A stretch of DNA of 64,000 bases from Octopus sinensis (taxonomy: Eukaryota): assembly GCF_006345805.1 (NCBI RefSeq), contig NW_021835482.1, positions 5,057 to 69,056 on the forward strand, given 5' to 3'. Made by a program: the position numbers and the translations under genes. Below the pieces are notes generated by a model. The model was not told the DNA's origin. It worked only from the letters and a program-made list of their open reading frames with translations, and ran no database searches. Shown here one piece after another: positions 54,289 to 64,000 of the stretch. Within the stretch, counting starts at the first letter, position 1. The number at the start of each line of letters is the position of its first letter.

Positions 54289-55270
54289 TTGTCCGCCTGA
54301 GATACTTTTGTATCATCGGCGTAGCTGGTAAGGGTGGCTGAATGTACGAGGGGACCACTACAAAACGTCGTATTCCCAGAAGAGTTCCCCGAGGAATTCC
54401 GCTGCGGACTGATGTCTCCCCAGACAGAGCACCCTTGGTTGCAACTGCCTGAATTCTGTCCTTTAAAATGTCGTGCAGCCACTCTCTCAGACTTCCAGGG
54501 ATGCCAAGGTAGCGTAGTTTGTGACATATCATCCTATAATGGATTAATGGATTTTGTCAAAGGCCTTGGCAAAATCGTGATATATCACATCTACATTTGA
54601 GTGGTTGAGCTGCTGTTTCGGTACCCAATCATAATGCTGAAATAACTGGGTGAGGCAGTTCCTCTCTTAGTGAAACCATGTGCTGTGTTTGTGACAATGC
54701 ATTCTACGACCTTTCTAATATGTGAAGTCAAAGCGATAAGCCTGTAACTTTTAGCATCTTCTCTGCTTCCTCCTTTATGGACTGGGCATATGACAAACTC
54801 GTTTAACAGTTTGAGAAGTTTTCCACTTATAAGGAAACTCTGATAAAGTATCTGACGTAGTTTTGCGAGAGCTTTCTTACATATGTTTCGGAGAACAAAC
54901 GGAAATCCATCCGGAACCATTGGTGAGTTTGAGCTCATCTCATCAATGGCGGATATTACATCTTCCTCTTTTATGTTGATGTAATCGATGGTTACATTTT
55001 CCCCATGTAGATCTACATTGTTGAACAACTCTTTAAGCTCGCCTACTTGTCAAGTACTCAGAGTACAAGTGTAAACACTTATTTAGTACTTAACTTATCA
55101 TCTTGGGGTCCGTCTGAAGTTAGCGAACCGTCTTCCTCAGTGTCCCTATCTTGTATGTATGTATACATACATACATAAATATATACATACATATATACAT
55201 ACATACATTCATATATACATAATCAATACATGCATACATACATACTACATACATACCTACATACATATAC

Positions 55271-55346
<76 letters not shown>

Positions 55347-56228
55347 TCTAAGAGAATGTATTCGTACTTTTTCAGTCTTTACGAATAAAGCATCTGATGC
55401 GATGCATTGTGGCAATATTCCTGCGACACATTGTGACAATATCAGATTGCTTCAAATTCTGCTGTTAGATTGATACAATGTTGACATAACAACTGGGTCA
55501 ATTACTCCTGATGTAATCAAAATGCAATATGATTTCTTTATTTTCTAATCCTTAATTATCTCAGAATTCATCCACCCAGTCGCCTGCACATTGTTGCTGT
55601 TTGGGAAATAGTGAGACTTGATATACGCTTACTATGTATGTTTGCATTACTTTGAATGCATACACATGCAGTGTGTTTGTGTGTGTGTGTATATCTGTAA
55701 ACACACACACACACACACCACACAATTACGACACAATTACTTATTATTTTCTTCCGACATGGGAAAATATTGGAGATTGCCTTTACTTGTTTCACAGCTT
55801 GTAGAAAATTCATCGAAAAGAGATAACTCATAAGCATTCTATAAACGAAAGAAAAATATATCAATTGCTATTTATATCGAACACAAACCAGAACTTTAAA
55901 ATAATTTGAATACGATTGACATAACTTTCGTTCGATGGCACCGCCATGAATTAAACACTGAGTATGGGATTCTTGTTTTCACGTGTATAGTTAAGTATTC
56001 TTATGTATAGTGAGTATTGAATATGGAGATGAAATCTATATTTTTTGTTTTGAGTGTGAAAAAAATGACATGATATATCTATATGTGCTAGCGTTTCACA
56101 CGAAGATCAGAGTTAACTACACTGAAATCATCTGATACTTTTACAATATAAAACATCTTGTGCACGAATTGTGATGTAATACATAGATATATGCACGTGT
56201 TGATTCGTGTGCGTTTATACTTGCATAT

Positions 56229-56260
<32 letters not shown>

Positions 56261-56659
56261 GCCATAGATATTAATGCATATATAAATTCATGTATATTAT
56301 GTCTAATGTCCAATATGAATCACTTTTACGTCAGTTTGCCTAGCACTAACATTGGGCTCTCTGGAGACAATATTCATTGCAACAGACAAATTTTCAGGTA
56401 TAAAAATGTTCTATTAGTGGTTTCTGCCGATTTGTAAGAACGACTGATAAACCAGAATCAGAAGCCATGTTCTTTCTATGATGTATTTCGCGGCTTTCAT
56501 CGTCAAGTCTTTATTCGAAGCAAACCATTGCTGTAGTGTTGTAGAGCGACATAGAGAAGCAAGTAGGCGTCCTGACCCCAGGGCAATTTCTCATATTTTC
56601 CTTTCGTCTCATTTTCGAAGTTAAATCAAATTTGTTCTACAACCCACACATACACGTAT

Positions 56660-56955
56660 AAACGTGGCACTTCGTCGGTTACGACGATGAGTGTTCCATT
56701 TGATCTGATCAATGGAACAGCCTGCACGTGAAATTAACGTGCATATGGCTGAGCACTCCACTAACACGCGTACCTTTAACATAGTTCTCAGGATATGACG
56801 AGACTGATCCATTTTATTTACAGGTACAACAGATGATTGATTGGACTGCAGCAATTTGAAATGAAGGGTCTTGCTCAAAGTCATAAATCGCCGCTTGGAA
56901 TCGAACTCACAATCGTGAGATGAATACCTTATCCACTAAGTCACTCGCCTTCACT
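56660..56955 (-). mobile_element. SINE family C
   Basis: ggcacttcgtcggttacgacg...aacagcctgcacgtgaaattaacgtgc..ggctgagcactcc...aagggtcttgctcaaag..ggaatcgaactcac. Confidence 0.85.
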
Positions 56956-56999
56956 ATATACTTATATAACATATATGCATTATATATATATATTAGCGA

Positions 57000-57160
57000 G
57001 ATAGATACACGATAGAAAATAGAAAAAAACAACATTCTTCATTAAATATATCACTACAATTGTTTCAATACATTTTTACACCTTTAATACATTGTTGACA
57101 TATTGTGTAATTATTATCATACATCTCATATGTAAAATGCGCCTCTTCAGGTGTTTGTTT
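57000..57160 (-). mobile_element. Penelope-type terminus with canonical-core hammerhead-like motif (57052-57153)
   Basis: Minus strand cac-CTGAAGA-ggcgcattttaca...tgtaaaaatgtatt-GAAAC-aatt-GTA-gtg; stem I cac/gtg, palindromic stem III. Confidence 0.65.
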
Positions 57161-57380
57161 AAATAAATCTTTCCACGACACTTGCAGTGATTTTAAATGA
57201 AGAATTTTCGTTCATTCCGTTTTCAATTGCTTATCTATTTACATAAACTCTACGGATAGTATGGAATTCCTGAAAATTCAGGAGAATTTCCATTCTATGA
57301 TGACATCAGGTTGTCAATAATTGTGGACGAACTCTGCATAGCATTCTGCAAGGATTTTACCCGAAGCTTATATATATATA

Positions 57381-57442
57381 CGTCACTTTTTGATCCTTCT
57401 ATGTTGGCTCTCCCTATCATTGCGAAACAGAATTTTCAAAGC
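57381..57442 (+). pseudogene. Inverted 62-bp duplicate of the 28S fragment end
   Basis: cgtcactttttgatccttctatgttggctctccctatcattgcgaaacagaattttcaaagc, the near-perfect reverse complement of 57495-57556. Confidence 0.9.
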
Positions 57443-57494
57443 AATATATATATATATATATATATAATATATATATATATATATTATATATATA

Positions 57495-57810
57495 GCTTTG
57501 CAAATTCTGTTTCGCAATGATAGGGAGAGCCAACATAGAAGGATCAAAAAGTGACGTCGCTGCGAACATTTGGCCGTCATAAGCCAATTATCCCTGTGGT
57601 AACTTTTCTGACACTTCTCGGCGGACGCATAACTCGCCGCTCTTTGGAAAGGATCGATGGGCCACGCTTTTGCTGTCCGTGTTCGTATTAAAAATCGAGA
57701 TCGAGAGACCTTTTGCCCTTTTGTCCGGCTGAGCTCGCCTCGACCCATCTGCGTTGCCGTCTGAGAGACGTACCGCACCAGTCAAACTCCCCGACCGCCA
57801 CTGTTCTCTA
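57495..57810 (-). pseudogene. 28S rRNA pseudogene fragment (3' region of LSU), about 315 bp
   Basis: Plus strand holds antisense LSU hallmarks gaaggatcaaaaag.gacgtcgc, ttatccctgtggtaacttttctgacac, ttttgcccttt, ccagtcaaactcccc, with many substitutions. Confidence 0.95.
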
Positions 57811-57874
57811 CTAAGTGTCACGCATCGGCTGCGTCGGCGTTCGTGAACGTACTGGACATGCATCGTGCGCTTCG

Positions 57875-59040
57875 TAGTGTCCTCAAATATTTATACACAC
57901 TTTAACACCTAATAACTCTTAATTTTCATTTTCGTTTTAGTTTTAATGCATTAAAAATAATGAAGGCATTTTGAACAAACGAAATTCTCCCTGAAGTGCG
58001 AGTGGAAGTGTCATAATGGAGTCGAAGTAGAAAGACAGTTTAGGAGGGAGTTTCATCCAGATGGTACCTATGCGATTCACTGTAACTCGTGTTAGGGACA
58101 ACTGTAAAGCGGGTGGGTGTCCACAAGAAACGTTCAGGAATAGCACGGACATCGACTAACCCCCATAAAGTAAGAAGGGGTAATTGGAAAGTTTTGCCAG
58201 AGTTCAAAAAATTCCGTGTAACAACTGAGTTGTGAGATAGGAATTTCAAAATCAAACATCTATCATATTTTGAAACATTATCATTGAGAAAATTACATTC
58301 CAAGAATGGTCTATGTTCTTAAAGAAGATGAGTTGAAGATACACTCTTTCCAACGAAAATTGTTTGAAGTGATGAAACTACATTAATTAACCCCCCAAAT
58401 TGCATCTAATGGGAACCTGAGAAGCCCTATATTATGATGGAACATCTCAATTTATCAACTGTGATGCGGCATATGCCAAAAGAGATTAAATGGAACTCTC
58501 TTTCTTATGGTATTATAATTGGTGCCACCAACTTGAATTTGCTGCGACAATTTCTCATACCCAGCATGCAAGAACACTTTGAACGTGTGCCGTTTTATTT
58601 CCAGCGGAATGGGGCAGCTCCACACTCCTATAATAATGTAAGGACCTACCTTATCTTGACTTTACCAAACAGGTTGTCTTGAAGAAGTGTTTCTGTAGAA
58701 CACCCTCCTATTTCACTGCAACTTAGACTATTAGATTTCTAACGGAGAAACTTAAACAGTAAAAGTTCTGGTGCAAAACCGGAAATAGTCAAAAGATGGA
58801 GTGCCGTCAGTGAACGTGAATCGGCACAATTGCCGAACAAAATGTTTCATGATGTTTGCGATTTCATTACTTCTCACTATCAGAAACTCCTGAACTATAC
58901 CAGTCATACGTTCCAAAACAAGCGAACATAAAATTTACATTCCGCCTGTAGATTTGTTTGAATTTTTTAAATGAAATGTATTTTAATAAATACTGACTTT
59001 ATAATCATTCAATATGGCTATACATTTTTGAGACATCATT
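57875..59040 (+). mobile_element. Decayed IS630-Tc1-mariner element (DUF4817-like HTH N-terminus)
   Basis: FEQTKFSLKCEWK..EVERQFRREF, VHKKRSG..RTST, FYFQRNGAAPHSYNNVRTYL, HPPISLQLRLLDF; degenerate TIRs tagtgtcctcaaatatttatac / tatacatttttgagacatca. Confidence 0.75.
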
Positions 59041-59057
59041 CATATATATATATATAG

Positions 59058-59149
<92 letters not shown>

Positions 59150-59327
59150 GTATATATATAATATATATATATATATAAAGTAATAATATAGGGTGAAATT
59201 AATTAATTTGGAATAATCATTCATTTCACCAAGTAGATTTCGGCATGTAAAAGCCTCATTCGAGGAAAGTTTAAGTAATACTAAGTAATTAAGGGTTTAG
59301 CAACGATTTGCCTCACAACACACCGAA

Positions 59328-59382
59328 TTTAGAAATAGCAGTCAAAGAGAATAGCTATAACTCTTTGACTGCTATTTCTAAA
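59328..59382. repeat. Perfect 22-bp inverted repeat with 11-nt loop within an (AT)n-flanked unit (about 59178-59400)
   Basis: tttagaaatagcagtcaaagag / ctctttgactgctatttctaaa. Confidence 0.9.
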
Positions 59383-59413
59383 CCCATAATTACTTAGTAT
59401 ACATATGTATACG

Positions 59414-59445
<32 letters not shown>

Positions 59446-59504
59446 TGTATGTATGTATGTATGTATGTATGCATGTATGTATGTATGTATGTATGTATGT
59501 ATTC

Positions 59505-59640
59505 TTATATTTATTATTCTTTTACTCGTTTCAGTCATTTGAGTGCGGCCACGTTGGAGTACCACCTTTTTTAGCCGAAGAAATCGACCTCAGGACTTAT
59601 TCTTTCGGTGTCTTTTGCCGATTTTGCCGAACCGCTATAT
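59505..59640 (-). mobile_element. SINE family A, 3' part
   Basis: tttcagtcatttgagtgcggccacgttggagtaccacc...ttttgccgaaccgct. Confidence 0.8.
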
Positions 59641-59789
59641 ATATAATGAGTGTTTATGATGTTTTGAATGGAAAGAGTGCTCTTTCACAGGGATCTATTT
59701 TCTCCAATCCTATACCGGTTTCATTCCATATCGATTAATATTCTTTGGATTTCACCAATCTGTGTTAGTGCTGGTGATAACACTTATTT

Positions 59790-60088
59790 TGTTTGTTTCT
59801 TCTCGAGCCATGCCTGGCTCACAAGGGCCGGTATCCCCATTTACTGGGCGTATAGGTTCCCCACCTGAACGGGACGCCGGTCCGTCGCAAGTGAGCTGCA
59901 AGATGCAGGAGGAAAGAGTGAGAGAAAGTTGTGGCGAAAGAGTCAGCAGACGTTCGCCTTTACCTTCTGCCGGAGCCGCGTGGAGCTTAGGTGTTTTGTT
60001 CATAAACACACACATCGCCCGGTCTGAGATTCGAATCCGTGATCCTCGACCGCGAGGTCTGCAACACTAACCACTAGGACATGCGCCT
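59790..60088 (-). mobile_element. SINE family D, full length
   Basis: Colinear with 25950-26237. Confidence 0.9.
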
Positions 60089-60164
60089 CCACTGTTAACA
60101 CTTATGAAGTTCCAATTGTCGTTATAGATGTTTTCATCCCTTCGACACTGGAGAACAGCATTTT

Positions 60165-62230
60165 AATAATATAATAAAAGGAAAATGGAGAGTTCGAATA
60201 CAGAAAAATCAATTTATTCATATAATAGTCAATTTCATATCACCTACGTACGTTTCAATTTCTTACCTTCATTCATATTTTGCAATTAACATTGCATTAT
60301 GCATTTAAAAGATAAAAATCTCTTCACGGCAAAAATTGACAAATATTCATTCATATCCTAATAGATGGAGAGTTGCTTACAGACTGAGATAGCAGCATAC
60401 TTTTCTGTGTTTGTGTTTGTCAGCAGCTAGGAAACCCATTATAAAATTTGATAATAAGAAAGAACACTAGCGATAGCTTTGATATTACAATGGGATCTGT
60501 TGACTCAGCACAGGTTACAGATTTAGTGGAGTATATATTTTATTTAACTTAAGTATTTAATTTCCAGAGCAAGCGGCAGATCTATACAGGGATGACGCAC
60601 TTTTTACTCTAGATAAACTATCTAATAGGTGACTGGAAACATGTAAGAAAACATTTTGTAAATGCTTCGAGAACGGAGGACTATCCATAACTATCGAAAG
60701 TGAACACAACTCCGTCAACTTCTTTGACGTTAACCTCAATCTAGAAACCCTACCATAAGGCGAATGCCAACCTAAGATACGTTAACATAACCATCCAAGA
60801 AGCATTACTGATAGACTAGTTGAAAATATATCAAAAAGGATTTCGAATCTCTCGTCGAATACGGAAATATTTAAACAGAATATAGACTATTACGATATAG
60901 CAGTAATTAAAGCAGAATATAATGAAAAAAATTAATATATTATGGACCAAAGATAACTCTTATAATAGGAACTATACGCATGAAGTCAGATACAAACAAA
61001 CATTAAAATACTATGAACCAAACAAATTCTGATAATAAAAACTACGAGCAAAATGGTATTCACAATAATAGAATTAAAATGGAGGAAAATAAACATAAGG
61101 AAAATGATTAAAGATGAAATTCGATATCAAATAAATGAGAATGATATAAGAATAAAAACAACAAGAAAAAAATTAGAAGGTATAAATATACTAAAAACAA
61201 ATAACAAGGATAGAAACGCTGAGGAAATGATAAGATTTAAAGATAACAGGATAGAAGGTCAAAGATAAAACACTATAATAATGAAAATTGTGACTACTTA
61301 AATAAAAACAAACTAAATAGGATAAGAAATAAGAAAAAGGTAGTAATTGAGAACCTAAACGGTAATATGCATAATAATTCTAAAAATAAAAGAACACGTT
61401 GTGTATAAAAGTAATAACCTCCAGAAAAATTCCTCTAAAAGGAATTATTATGAAAACAATATAGCATGGTTGATAATACCGTTTGCAAAACAAATTAAAA
61501 CCAATATAGTGAAATTATTTTACAAAAGGGTAGCCAAACATTTTTCAAAGGGAAACAAATACCACAAAATAATAAACTTGCACAAATTAAGGGTGGGTTT
61601 CTTCGTTTCAAAAAATATTGCACAAATTATATCTGCACTAAATACTAAAAAATTAAGGATTTCTCAAATACGAAAAGTAGGGAAAATACAAATGATTTAA
61701 CGAAAAATATATATAATAACCTAAACTATCAACAAATAAGATCAATACATCTAAATAAATAAAAATTGTTATAAAAATTGAAGTTAAATATATTGATTTG
61801 GATTCTTGCTAATACATATCTTACTTTATTTTTATTTGTTCACATCTGAGTAGAGATGTATATAGCCAGCTTTTATAAAACCGATCTAGCCATTGTCCAC
61901 TATTGGTCGTAGTCTAACCTCAAGCTATTATTAGAAAGGAATCCAAAAGTTTCACATGCTGACAAGCACAAACACACAAAAGCATGCATACTGCTATTTC
62001 AGTCTGTCAGTAACTCTCCACCTATTAGGATGTGAATGAATATTTGTCAATTTTTGCTCTGAAGGGAATTTTACATTTTAAATGCATAATGAAATGTTAA
62101 TTGCAAAATATGATTGAAGGTAAGAAATTGAAACGTACGTAGGCGATATGAAATTGACTATTATATGAATAAATTGATTTTTCTGTATTCAAACTCTCCA
62201 TTTTCCTGGTATTAAATTATATTATATTAT
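60165..62230 (+). mobile_element. Penelope-like element: decayed RT/linker (about 60540-61700) flanked by ~265-bp inverted repeats (60165-60426 and 61957-62230)
   Basis: LYRDDAL..KCFENGGLSITIE..VNFFDVNLNL..NHPRSI..NISKRISNLSSN, and AWLIIPFAKQIKTNIVKLFYKRVAKHFSKGNKYHKIIN (IWFNPPYS..VKTNIG..HF-like); arms carry (C/G)TGAAG[A/G]...GAAAC-gtac-GTA. Confidence 0.88.
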
Positions 62231-62584
62231 ATTACACACACACACACACACACATACACACACACACACACACATACACACACACACACACACACGCATA
62301 CACATATATATATATAACTTAAGCATGTCCAGACTGCTTAAATATGTTGCTCTAGTTTCCGAGTAAGATTCTGCTCATTTTGTTTTCTTCGCTGAGGACA
62401 GTTGAGAGGGTATCACGTGGAGGATAGAGACTGACTGTGGCGTTGTTGGACCGGTCGCAAGTCGCAAAGCTGGACCCAGGAATATACCAACAAAAGCAGA
62501 GCAAGTGAACCTCTTGCCACAGTGCATGAACTCACATCGGACGGACACACACACACGCACGCACATACATACACACATACATAC

Positions 62585-62655
<71 letters not shown>

Positions 62656-62927
62656 CAGGTCGTGCAAATGTAGGTATACAGTTTTGAAAAAAGAAAACAC
62701 ATACAATACTCATTTATTTTTATCAAACAAATTAAAGTTACGATAAAAGTATTATCATAATTATGATAAATGTATTATTATGATTAATGATACTGAAAAC
62801 ATCAAAATGAGGCAAACTAATTTAATGTGCCAGTAATTTTAATGAATTAATTATTATGACGTATACTTACTGTATACCCGGCTTTACACACCCTGTATAT
62901 ATATTATGTGTTTGTGTGTGTAGATAG

Positions 62928-62959
<32 letters not shown>

Positions 62960-64000
62960 TGTGTATGTTTGTGTGTGTGTATGTTTGTATGGAAATGGTC
63001 TGCCTCGTCGATTTCCATGGCTCTGCGTACGACTGTTTGATCATGTGGACAACCATTTCCTTAAATTCCACGTTAACAGGCTGAGTATTCCATAGACAAG
63101 TACCCCTTAACGTACTACTTTGTTAGGGACACAAGTGTAACACAGTGGTAAACTATAAGACAGAAACGGGCATCAAAACTATGTCCAATGCCTCCTCCCA
63201 CAATCCTATCTTGCTTCTTGTAACTTTTGTTCTTGAAGCTGAAGTAAGCCGTGACAAGCACTCCTGAACACCTTCACATTGGAAGACGCCCACAGGGCCT
63301 TCACGAAGTGGCCGGAACGCTAAACCACATGCATTAAGGACAGAAGATCCTAACTCGAAGGAGCTTAGAGTTTTGTTGTTCTTTAATCAATGCCTTTCTT
63401 GAAAAAGCCTCAAATCTTCTGGAATGCATTTTGTATGTGAGTGTGTGATTGTATGTTCTTAGTGTCTTTGATTTTAGAGGTCACCCTCCATATTTTATTA
63501 TTACCAAAATGCAATTATCCCTTCAATAGGAGCAGTAACAGGAGCAGCAGCGGAGGTCAGCAGCAGGAACCGTACAGCAGCTGTAAAGTCAACACCATCA
63601 CCAGCACCATCATCACCTCAGCAGCAACAGCAGCGGCACCGGCAGCAGTAGCAGCAAGAGAATCGCAGAATAACAGCCATAAAGTGCAATGAAAACAATG
63701 CCGTGTTCAGCAATATTATTGCCGCAAGCTGTGAGTATGTCTTTGTGACTACCAGTCCATACACACGCATACATATACGCATACGAAAACACTCATACAC
63801 ATACACACACGTGTACACACACACTTACATGTACACGTGCACACACATGCGCTTATAATTATCAACCGCAACATTTAGAAGCACCTGTAACCGCAGATGA
63901 AGCTGCGTGTTTTCTTTAGCACACCTGCACATACACACAAAGGCACGCACGTACATTCCTGTATACACACACACACTCTCTCACACACACAGATAGATAG

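Larger units (their letters stand above)
53270..55060 (-). mobile_element. CR1/L2-like LINE reverse transcriptase region, split by an insertion at about 53783-54288
   Basis: [40 protein letters not shown]-type region, [24 protein letters not shown]; after the insertion QWVDENNML, LGIHMSRDATF, SRLDY*SQLWSP, LYSLERSRERY. Confidence 0.93.

Noticed and set aside
63441-63692. Ser/Ala/Gln-rich ORF
   Set aside because: Degenerate (CAG)n simple repeat

Overview
Eukaryotic, AT-rich, microsatellite-saturated genomic DNA. The SINE and microsatellite repertoire matches what I recall from octopus (coleoid cephalopod) genomes; that taxon call is an inference. Almost all ORFs in the supplied track are microsatellite read-throughs. 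The window is mostly decayed mobile DNA: four tRNA-headed SINE families (A-D, my labels), two CR1/L2-like LINE copies, four R4/Dong-like and one CRE-like restriction-endonuclease-type LINE fragments, L1/Tx1-like relics, a mariner D34D fragment, a Tc1-like element, a pogo/Tigger-type MITE, and many Penelope-like (PLE) termini with minimal hammerhead-ribozyme-like motifs, including a 2 kb PLE bracketed by inverted repeats. Within this are four short, phase-compatible candidate exons on + (16295-16358, 39403-39497, 41246-41298, 52776-52844 followed by AATAAA) that splice into a 92-aa C-terminus I cannot assign to a family. The least explained structures are a repeated 28S-rRNA/(AT)n/50-bp chimeric unit, one copy of which interrupts a LINE RT, and a 313-bp foldback in which 6 of 8 arm mismatches are same-base (G.G, C.C, T.T). 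No prokaryotic-type system, CRISPR array or intact transposon ORF was found. Repeat coordinates are approximate (+/- 10-30 bp) unless stated otherwise.
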